Source of the DNA: Ylistrum balloti
Lineage: Eukaryota
Reading direction: 5' to 3'
Length of the DNA stretch: 64,000 nucleotides
NCBI RefSeq assembly: GCF_031769215.1
Contig: NW_026782426.1
Coordinates: forward strand, 620,001 to 684,000
The translations under genes and the position numbers were made by a program. The notes under the pieces are model-generated. The model ran no database searches and was not told the DNA's origin. It saw nothing but the letters and a program-made list of their open reading frames with translations. Every line of letters starts with the position of its first letter. Within the stretch, counting starts at the first letter, position 1. Shown piece after piece: positions 53,361 through 64,000 of this stretch.

Positions 53361-56099
53361 TTCTTAACTCCAATTCAAAATAGGATGGCTTCAAAATATC
53401 TAACTTTGAAAATTTTAAAATTAAATAAGAAAAATTCAATTTGTGCAGAAAAGTTTGTTTCCAATATTCCTCTTTATCTTAGTCTTAAATTAAAAGACAT
53501 ACAAAAATTATCTCAATTTCCATGTTAGTGTTTCTTGTTAGTTTTCAATATATTGAACCAGATTGGACGTACAAATACATCTCTGTGAAGGAAATCAGGC
53601 TCTTTAATTCTTTGGTTAACACACTGCACACATGGAATACAAGCTGTACTGGGTCAATGTTAGGGAAAATGAGGTCATCGATAAACTGGCAGTGTAAGAC
53701 AAGCCAATGATAGGGTAGGATGACTCTTTTTCAGATGGTTGAAGATCTGCCATGTGTTAGTTAAAGGCCATTCCAAAATACTTACGGGGCACAAGAGGGG
53801 GTCTGATTTTTCACAGTCATTTAAAAATTCTTCATTCTTTAAACGATCATTCAGCCCAAGGTAGTTCAGTTAACAAACATGTGCAATTAATTATCAAAGA
53901 GAGGTATGTTTTTTCAAAGATGTTCAAAAACTTCTTTTTATTTAAGGAATAATGGGGTACCAGAAGAGTTAGCTAAATGTGTGAAATGAACTATTGATGG
54001 AAAGTTTGATATTTGAAAAAAAAAAAAAATTCAAATATGGGGTACCAGACAAGTTAACCCAATAACAAACCCTACAACACCACAAGGGATAATAAATCTA
54101 TGAATAAGGATGGATTCGTGAAAAAGCTTACCAAGGATAAATGGTGTCTACATCATAAGAATGGGCGTGGCTTATATTCCCGTGCAGCTAAGATGAGGAT
54201 CAAATTGGAAAAAAATCAATAAAAATTGGAAATTCCGCCTATATACCGGTATGACTTATAACCCGGTATATCATGAAGTGTTACCAGCAGGATATGCTCA
54301 CTCTTCAGAATTAAAAGTATCATTATTCTGTTAATATTTTGGTAATTTCTACATTGTTTTATACCGTAGATATCCTTCAATAAGCCCAGGGAGCTAGCAC
54401 ATTAAATTTGACAGGAATTCAGAGGAAAAGCCTATTACAGGACACAGAATCTGAAAACATGATCTTCTGACAATTCTCCTGAATTTTTATTCTTTTGAAG
54501 CTAATTTTTAAAAATGAATAATGATTCCCTGAATATATACAAAGAAACTTATTCAATCTTCTTTGAACAATTAAACATTTCCCTTAGTGTTTAAACAGAT
54601 CAATACAGTATCTTTGGATTGTCAGGAATTAAACTTAATTCACAAGCAACTGTCTTACACACAGTACTGTTTGCATGCTAACTGTGCAATTTTCGAAAGA
54701 TTTAACTATCTGCTCTCAAACATAACCCATTTTTGTGTAAGTTTACATTCTCCGTATACCGTCTCTGGAAATGTGACTTCGTCTTGAGAAGGAAAAAAAA
54801 GATTCACTTTCAGAGAAAATATGATCAGATACTTGAATTTATATCTACATGAAAATCATGACATAGCTGCCAAACAATTACTTTCATGGTTCCATGGAAA
54901 CCATTTCTTGGTGGTACATGACAGAAACCTAGAGAATAGGCAAGAAATATCTATCATGGGGCTTCTTAATTCAAAACCTTTACTTCATCAATCATTTAAA
55001 TGATTATTTCAGAAACTCAAAATTTAATCAATTCAAGGTCATATGAAAAAAATTCAAGGTAATGGGATCCCTGATGGGAAATTTGCCATTTTTGACATAA
55101 AATCCTATGACAACTGATGTCAGGAGATTCAAGAAACTAGAACACACGAATAGAATCAGGGATGTAGTTTTTAAAATTTCTGATGCAGGATGAATTTTAA
55201 AGCATTTTCTTAACATCGGTAAATCAGATTTCAGAAAATGCATTATATTTACAATGAATTCTTTTGATCAAGCTGTTAATATTATGATTTAAGTCAACAG
55301 CGGTAATGTTGACTATAGGAGGTCACATCTACTTCCAGTGATGGTGGGGAGTAAGCATTGAATGCAGTGACTGCCAGTGTGCCATCTTTACAAGGTAGAG
55401 AGTATATAGATTGTCCTCCCCCCTTTCCACCTTGATTAGAGGATTTGGATTTGACAGGCCTTGGGTTCATTAATTTGCCCTATAGTGGAATCTGGTGATC
55501 ATGCTTGATTCTCCAACTAGGGCGCCTTATGAACTTTTCGAGCCAGCTTCGTTAAGTTTGTCACTTTCGAGGTGGTGTTTCTCTTAGCTTTCGTACCTGG
55601 TTGCAGGACAAGGGGAGTCTATGTCTTGTCTTTCTTGTCTCTGGTGGTCCAGGAACTTTTCAACCATAACCCTTCTCACTGATCATGCCCTGTATCTGGT
55701 CGCAGGGCGAGTGGAGTTTATGTCATGTCTTGCCTTCATGGCTTCTTGTCTGACTTCATTAACATGTAGGCAGTCAACTTGAGATGATAAAGTTTTGACT
55801 ACATCTATAACATAGTGTCCTTGACATTGAGATCTTGATATAACAACCTAATTTAGTAACCTTGTTATAATGACCTTGACATCATAGCCTGGAGAAAGTG
55901 ACAATGTAAATTAAGGACCTTGACAAAGATAAGAAGAGATAGTGACTTTGTCATTGTCGCCTGGAGATAGTAATCAGGTTACTGTAAATTTGTGACCTTG
56001 ATAACGTAATCTTGAAAGAGTGACCTTGACACTGCAGCCTGGAGTTGACAAAACAACCTGGAGATAGCAGTGTACACCTTTTGACACATACACAATCTG

Positions 56100-56580
56100 T
56101 AAACTGTACACCATCTGTAACATGTACACCATCTGTATCCTGTACACCATCTGTATCCTGTACACCACCTGTAACATGTACACCATCTGTAACCTGTACA
56201 CCATCTGTAACATGTACACCATCTGTAACCTGTACACCATCTGTAACATGTACACAATCCGTAACCTGTACACCATCTGTAACCTGTACACCATCTGTAA
56301 CCTGTACACCTTCTGTATCCTGTACACCATCTGTAACCTGTACACCATCTGTAACCCTGTACACTATCTGTAACCTGTACACCATCTGTAACCCTGAACA
56401 CTATCTATAAACTGTACATCATCTGTAACCCTGTACACCATCTGTAACCTGTACACTATCTATAAACTGTACACCATCTGTAACCTGTACACCATCTGTA
56501 ACCCTGTACACTATCTATAAAATGTACACCATCTGTAACCTGTACACCTTCTGGAATCTGTACACCATCTGTACAGCATC
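56100..56580. repeat. 18-bp minisatellite TGTACACCATCTGTAACC
   Basis: About 25 units. Explains the VTDGVQ, VTCTPS and YTICNL ORFs. Confidence 0.95.
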
Positions 56581-57224
56581 TGACACATACTCCATCTTGT
56601 TTGTTCACCTTCTGAAGCTGACACTTACACCATCTGACACAGATCCCGTTCTGTAATGATGGGTAACATCATGGCTGTACCATTTGTGACACACACACAT
56701 GGTTTTGTAATCTCTTTCCTTCCAGTGTTTACTCAACCCAAACAAACAAAAACATAGTTAGAGATAATCCTGGCCACAAAAGATGGCAAGGTCAAAGGTC
56801 GTCTGGATATAGGGTTCAGGAGGATCATGACTAAAGGAGAGCCAGCTTTGTATCTTCAGCAGCGGACGACATGTGGATATTGGCAAGTAGTTTTATCTCT
56901 CTACACCTGCAAGACACTTACCATCTCATCAGAGCAATAAAATATAAGGCTTTAGTTAAATCTACAGCTAGAGTGCGTGCAGGAAAAAATTTTGTCAACA
57001 AATGGTGTATTCATACTTCTATTTCTAAAAGTTCAAATATCATAAAAACAAATACCATTAACTTCAAAACAACTTTTGGTCCATTTTTTTGTAAAAAAGA
57101 AAAAGTATAGTTAACTTCAAATATTTTCAAATTTGTGATCATTAAACATCAACTAGGGAGGTTTCTTACAGAAATAGACGTCAGTTGCTATTTATCATTT
57201 ACAGCTGAATATACTGAATGGCTG

Positions 57225-57390
57225 CATGGCCAATGTTAGTGGACTTTAAGTTCCACCTGGACATCTGAGGTTCAATTCTTCAAGTGAAAAAGTATGGTGG
57301 TCACCTGGCCAACCATGTGGGACTCCTACAAATAATCTTGTTTCCTCCCACAGTTAGACCCCTCCCATAAGGGCCAACAAGAGATCAATA
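57225..57390 (+). mobile_element. Decayed tRNA-derived SINE
   Basis: A-box-like TGGCC..TTAGTGG, B-box-like GGTTCAATTC, then GTTTCCTCCCACA as seen in conserved SINE central domains. Confidence 0.55.
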
Positions 57391-57639
57391 AAACACTGTA
57401 ATGCAATGGTTGTAGAATAAGTAAAGTCTATACTTACTAGATATATACTATACTTACTAGATATAAACTATATATACTAGATATATAGTGAGTGTACTCA
57501 TTTAGAACTGGACTATAACCTCTATCTATAACATATGTAATAGCTCGCTGATCACACTGTAAAAACTATACTTGATCATTGCATGATCAGAAGAAGCAAC
57601 CAAAATCTAAGATCTTTTTTCTGAGTTTTGGGTATGATG

Positions 57640-57880
57640 TCAGGATGGTCAGTTTGAATTCTGTCCTCTGAATGCTACTAAACCATTGTCTATAAGATTA
57701 GCTCTTTAATATTGCTCACTGTTTGATCCTCACACTTCAATCAGTTGGTGGTAAGAACTGGTCAGCACATTGTCAGTGTGATGTGACAAAGTATGGTGCC
57801 ACTCTCATATAAGATCCAAGTTATGATATTTCAGTGGGATAACACTATAAGGTGCTCATGGATGGTCCCATATATAGAAT
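57640..57880 (+). mobile_element. Decayed mollusc-type SINE body
   Basis: AAGAACTGGTCAGC...GTCAGTGTGATGTGAC...TTTCAGTGGGATAACACTATAA. A related fragment TTTCAGTGGGATGACACTATAA is at about 45900. Confidence 0.5.
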
Positions 57881-57887
57881 ACTGGAA

Positions 57888-58045
57888 ACTAGAGGATACT
57901 GTAATGGTACATATTTTGGTGTGTTATTATTTTAGTTTATACTAGAAGATACTGTAACTGTATATATTTTGGTGTGTTATTATTTTAGTGTATACTAGAG
58001 GATACTGTAAATGTATATATTTTGGTGTGTTATCATTTAGTGTAT
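57888..58045. repeat. 53-bp tandem repeat
   Basis: 3 copies starting ACTAGA(G/A)GATACTGTAA. Confidence 0.9.
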
Positions 58046-59528
58046 CACAAGCTACAATAATGAATCCATACCAAATAGCATGCCATATTTATCTTGCAAT
58101 AAAATGACCCAATAATTTTTATTCTTCTGTACAGATATAAATATACATGGGTGGGCTTATTACCAGGCATGGACATGTTGTTGTACAAATAGTGTAAGCT
58201 GTGGTCCTAATAAAGAGTAAATCTGTTAGCATGAAGAGCTCTACAAAAAAACCCCACAAACTTCTGTACACATCTATTACATCTCTCACGGTACCTAATT
58301 ACACAGAAAACAGACCATTACACTTGCTACTGTGATAAATGTTTTTGGCACCAATGCCAAAGTAAAATACTTTGTTTTATTTTTCAGTACAATGTGCAGA
58401 TCAGGTCTGTAAAACCTCATGTGGTAATTAAAAACTGTGATACACTTACAAAATATTACATCCATGATAAACTCAGGAGTTATTTCTCCACATCTGCATA
58501 GCTATCAAGTTGTGTAGCTGCCGTACCTCTAAATAGGATCAACTTGTGTACCACAAGGATATGACCACTTGAAAAGCTGTTAGTTACGGCTAAATCAATG
58601 TTGTGAACATTTGAAAACAGATATCAAAAATTACTTCTCCAAAATACCTGACTATTCACATTTCCAACTGACAATATTTGTTTCAAAAACAATTTTACTT
58701 GTCGAGATTGTACAAGGACTTTCCTTCAAGCTAAAACAATCTATCATATCATAAGAATGTTATCATAATTTCATCTTCAAGAATTTTGATCCTTTGCTGT
58801 GAATCTCCCAATGGACTTAAGATAATATTGTCATCAAATATTTGGAAATGAATTCTATTTTTAAAATCTCTATTTGTTTTCAAGGAGCTACAATCTACTA
58901 ACCGAGAAGCAGGATTAGATTAATTCACAAAATGTGAAACAGGATAGCAGATGATTTTCAAGTATCAGAGAGTTTTGTTTAATTCATTATACCTTGTATC
59001 ATGATTGCAGATTTCAACTCAAAAATCAATTATGAAGAAACAGCATGTGGATGGAAAATTGACTGTTTTTTTTTTTTCTTTTCTTTTTTTTTTGGCTATG
59101 GTTTGTAGAATTCTTAAATGGTCCTGATTATACAGTTTACATCTGTATGCATGTCTGAAAGGATGTTTCTAATAAGTTAAAATGGAATGTTTATCAGAGT
59201 AACCAGTTTTATTAAACAAGGGAAGGTAAATAGCAAAGGGCTATAACTCTAGAAAGCAAAGCACAACATCTTCTATACGGATGTACATATTAAAATGGTT
59301 ACAAATGTACCAAAGCAATAAGCTTTGTTATACAAGACAGAACAGTAACAATCACTTGACAAACCCAAGGGAAAGAAATCAACAAAGGGCCATAACTTTG
59401 ACTAAAACAGCTACATAATGACCTGTATCTTTTTCACAACAAAATATATTTATGGTTTCAAGGATAAATGTTTTGACTGCTGTACCCTAAATCTGCAGGA
59501 GAGGGAGATGTTCTTCTGACAGATATGA

Positions 59529-59960
59529 AACAAGAGCTGTCAGAGATCGGTTATGCTCCCTGAACGGCATAAAATTTTTATATTTTGAAAAATAACAGAA
59601 GGCAATAAGACAGTTGTGATTCTTGTACATACCCTTCCTCCTTGTCAAGATCTGTCTATCTATGAGTTTTCATGTTGATACCTCTTATAATTTAAGGTTA
59701 TATTTTAATGCTCTGGACAAAATTTAAGCTTGGAAAACAACAAAGGGCAATAACTCCTAAATTATGCAAAAGAGAATGGTGGTTCTTGTGCACTGCACTT
59801 CTTGTTGAGATCTATCTACTTATGAAGTCTTGTGTTGATACCTCTTGTAGTTTTTGTGTGATGCTTCAGACAATATTTTGACGGACAAACTGACAGAAGA
59901 AAGGAAGAATGGACAGAGCGATGACAATATCCTCTCCCTTTGCAGAGTACTAGTATAAAA
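59529..59960 (+). mobile_element. AACAAGAG-initiated non-autonomous element with AAAGGGCAATAACTC core
   Basis: 5' AACAAGAGCTGTC, core at 59742, GGAC(A/G)GA-type microsatellite, 3' ...GTATAAAAA. Confidence 0.55.
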
Positions 59961-60420
59961 AATTTTTTAAGAAATAAATGAATATTCATACAAAATAGAT
60001 AAACATCAGAAAAAAAAAGCCACCAGGTTTTCAAAAGATGTGTTCACCAGAATGAGGCTGATGTTCAAAACTGTACTGTAGCTTGTTGGACAATTATTTC
60101 TCTTGGACCTTGGTTAGGGGTTTGGTATAGGCAAGCTTATCAAGACCAGTCTACCCTGAATCAGCTGATAGACCATGCTGGCTGATGACATTACCACTTG
60201 CCAGTAATTAGTTGAAGATTGTATGGGAATTTAATTAGATAAGTGTTATACACCTACTTTCCTGTCTGATAAGATTAACTATTAGACCTGTGTACCGTGT
60301 TTGTTCCGTTAAATTCACAATCACCCATACACCGCCCAGGTTCTGTGAACTTCACCATCACCTGTGTACTAATAATATTCTTTTAAATCCATGAACACCT
60401 ATTACTCTTCCACATCACAA

Positions 60421-61100
60421 TATATTCCTATAAAAATTACGATTGAAAATTCAGTTGGGCAAAATGTACAGAATTTTCTGCCAAAAGAAAATAGTTTACA
60501 TCCCTTCAACGTTTTGACTTTTAATCAAAATCGATAGATTTTTGGAACCAAAAGGTACAAACATATGAGGGGTATTATTGACAAGTTAACGGTACTTCAA
60601 TATGATGGTAACTTATGTATTATCAATTTGTATAGCTTACTTGATACCTATTAATGGTTGGAGACTTTGGTCATTAAGGACGGCAGGCTTGTATCATCTT
60701 TGTCTGATGAGGCGTCCCCTACATGTCTAACAGCGTTAGTCCCCTATTTGAGACGGGCTATACTAAACACACTTGAATGCTCTCCGAAGCCATTTATCCA
60801 CTGAAACACGACTTGAAAAACAACTTGACAATCACCAAACCAGACCTGACGGCTAAAGGGCCAAAGCTTCATTACCAGTTGGGAAATTATAGAGGATACA
60901 AAATGGCTTCTCCATCTTGAAAAAATATCCTGATTTTCCAACACGTTACCTGGCAATGTTATGTATATTCTGCCCACTACCTCCCGGTTATTTTTTACCT
61001 CACTAAGGAGATCAGAAGAGATTTTACGAGATTCTGTAGTGGTGTTGAAAATTGGATGATAGAATATGGCTATTTTCTCAACCTTTCAAAGGATTAACAC
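60421..61100 (+). pseudogene. Unidentified fossil reading frame
   Basis: One frame from 60421 to 60804 has only 2 internal stops in 127 codons, and open pieces continue after frameshifts. Confidence 0.45.
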
Positions 61101-64000
61101 CTGTAAGGTAATTAGGGTTTGACTTTAGTCCAGACATAACGAGGTGTAACTATCACTCGCTAGCCTCATTCTGAAGATTTATGTTGATATAGATCATACT
61201 TAGTGTGCCCTTCACCAGTCATTACCATGATCAAAGACATGACCATTCGGGAAAACCCGTGTACCAAGGTTGTTTCAAGGAATTCATGACCAAAAAAAAG
61301 TTTTCAAAATAGTTTCCTATTCCAATATCTTGAATTTCTCTCAAAGTGAAAAATTCCAGCAAGTTTCTAAATTCTTTCACAATCTTTCATGAAAATAAGA
61401 AAATTATAACTTTAGAGAATTACTACCCAGTAAAAATTGAAAAAAAGATCAATTCTCTTTGTGCTAAATGATCCTTCACCTTTGACCTCACCTGACAATG
61501 CATTTCTTGCTAAACAACGTTTTTTCCATGGAGTCTTTGATAGTAAAGGTTAATTACGATACAACAGACACGTATGGTATCTGCGATCCCTATTTTATCA
61601 GTAGATACAGTTTATTTCGAGGCTTTTTCCTGACCCCAAAGGTGAGGCCATCCCTACCCTCTAACACATGTTGTTTTGTGTAATTAATGAGAAAAGACAT
61701 GTGGTTTAAATGAAATTTATTTTGAAATCTGTTCACCTGTCACTTTTTTTTAAAGCTGATCTTTCAATTTTGTCTGGCTGATCCTAGGTCATTAAATCTC
61801 CATTATATCTTGACAAAAAAATGTCTCAAGTTTAAATTAAAGGTCATTAAACACCCATGTATGAAACATTTTTGAGGTTATCTCCCTTGTCAACGACTAA
61901 CACATTAAAATACAGTTATCCATGTGAAGTCTTTACTGTATTAATAACACAATTAAAATCTCATTAAGTTTTTCCATTACAACCAAAATTCGAGACTTAA
62001 CATATAAGATAACACTTTCAGCATTGTCCAGTTTTTCTTTTGAACAATCCTATTTTTCATTCCAAGTCAAAGGTTATAAATTCTATTGTCACAGGGTTAC
62101 AGCTATTTCCTGTGTTTCAGTCCAAAGTCATTTACAATACAACTTTAACACTGCTCATTTAATCTCTGTTAGATGATAATTCAGGTCAGGGGTCAGATTA
62201 CACAGCTATTAATACACTCCAACCAAATTTAATTAGCACAAACAAATGTTTTTGATGCTTGATGGGAGGGAAACCATGTCGTCTAATTAAAAACTCTACA
62301 GAAATCTCTCATTGTTTATAAAAATAATCAATTTTGGCATCAAAAACCAAATAAATTATCAAAACAAATCCTTGATGGTTGCATTGAAACCTAAAGGTCA
62401 ACCCTTTCTGCTAATAGTAAAAACAAATCTCTTGGACCCCTAATGGTACATTATATCATTAGGGACTTGTGGTATATGAAACACAACACCTTTTTGTGGT
62501 GTCCTGAACCAATCCCCCTAGAACTCAATTACACACAGACAAAGGAAACTCTTGTTTTTGAAGTGTCAGACCAGATTATAGACAAGATTTGTACTAATTA
62601 TACATCATTTGGATGTGTCTAAATCCTGTCCAAAAGCTTTTTCCCCCGTTGACTTTAATATTTGTACAAAAAATTTAGTACAACAAACTTCCAACATATT
62701 CCAGAAAAGTTCTAAAACCAATAAAAATGCATGTAGCTGTGTTTGAGTTTTCAGAATATGTACAGACTTGTTTCTGAAGAAGCCGAGAAGCCATTACAGT
62801 GGGCAGAGGGAAATCGGCTTTTATAGACAGGTGACCTTTGTAAAAAGGTTTACATGTCATGAATTGTATTTACAACCAGAACCAAAAAAGTGGCCTTTAT
62901 ATACAGGTTACAAGTGGACACCCACTCTAGTATCTGAAACAGTTTTTTGTATTTTGTACTGCCTTGAACTGCTACAAAAATGTTTAAAAGTTCACAGTAG
63001 TCAAAAAAAATCAAATATTGATATCAAGACGTACAGGATCACATGAGGTCAAGGTCAAAAATAAACTTAAGAAAAAAATCATGCATGATGCTCTTTTACT
63101 CAGAGAAGTGCATACTTAACTGAGGTTTTTCTACAACAGAACCAGTATGTGCTAGCAAGATCAGAATCAGATGAAAACTTGTATTTCAGCTTAGAATTAA
63201 CAGCAATAAATTTTGCATAAAACATTGGTTTTATCGTACACTTGGGTGCAGCTGGTGGTGCAGAATACTCTGTTTACTTCATGCATCTAAATATTTATAC
63301 CTCAGTTTTTATTGTTTTACAATTTAAAAGCTATCTAGAAAACAACCATTAATTTTACATATCTTTTGTATAAGTACACTTCTATTGATGTTATGCATTA
63401 AAATGGAAGTCAGTTTCCACTCAAATCTGTTCTTTTCCATGTTTAAATACTTTCTTTCCGATAATTCTATTTTATTTAAACCACTTCAAACAGCTGGGAA
63501 ACCTAATACAGGAAACAAAAAGATTCAGACACGGTAATTACTACACCTTTTTAACTTCAATGCCAAAAGAGTTCTGAATTGTTACTGCACCTTTTTATCT
63601 TCAATGCCAAAAGAGTTCTAAATTGGAGGAGACAACAAATAAAAAGTTGGAACCAAGTCAAGTTGGTCACGTTGGGAGTGCTACTCACTGGCACGAAATC
63701 AACACTTGGTTTTTTATCAAACGTAAGTACAATTTCTGGTAGAGGCGGCCATTTCCCTGATTTGCTTGTAAGTGGATAGTATAACCGTATATCCAAATGG
63801 GCATCCCAAGTTACTGGGGTAAAGATAACTTTGTTTTTTCTAGATAGGTTTTGTCATGTTAAGAGCAAGACCTGACCAAATGCTGTAAGTGGAGAGATGA
63901 TAATGTGAGGAAGACGATGACAGCCTGCACTTTGTAACAACATTAACAGGACATCAATAGTTCTAATCTCCAAAAGATATTGTATCAACCTTAAAATATA

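Noticed and set aside
54241-54271. 9-bp stem hairpin ATATACCGG...CCGGTATAT
   Set aside because: Its context (GGCTTATATTCC...GACTTATA) looks like the decayed end of a MITE rather than a functional RNA.
55500-55770. GC-richer tract that looks like coding sequence
   Set aside because: No consistent frame or recognisable motif. Probably a TE fragment, but I cannot support a call.
55951-56410. VTDGVQ, VTCTPS and RWCTGY repeat ORFs (mucin-like or metal-binding-like)
   Set aside because: An 18-bp minisatellite is open in several frames on both strands, with no exon signals.
3760-56580. Tandem arrays as CRISPR arrays
   Set aside because: The units are head-to-tail with no unique spacers, there are no cas genes, and the context is eukaryotic.

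Overview
AT-rich animal genomic DNA. The dispersed repeats (AACAAGAG...GTGAGCTAAAA elements, AAAGGGCAATAACTC core, tRNA-derived SINEs) resemble those I recall from bivalve molluscs; the organism call is inference. There are no prokaryotic operons, CRISPR arrays, rRNA genes or intact tRNA genes. Nearly all long ORFs in the supplied track are by-products of minisatellites. The best host-gene signal is on the minus strand. An ATG-containing exon (18037-18190) encodes a signal-peptide-like N-terminus and splices in phase to an exon starting at 5021. The result is a predicted 51-aa secreted micro-precursor, with a 3' UTR containing a 28-bp minisatellite and a poly(A) signal at 3302-3307. Candidate upstream non-coding exons lie at about 22.9, 38.9 and 43.5 kb. 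The rest is intron or intergenic DNA containing about 20 tandem arrays, MITE/Helentron-like/SINE relics, decayed DIRS-like and LINE retroelements, and several unidentified fossil reading frames. I found no convincing multi-gene novel system. The best leads are the micro-peptide gene, the fossil ORFs, an RFX X-box array and a hairpin-bounded perfect 19-bp array. All protein-family calls come from motif recognition by eye, with no database searches.
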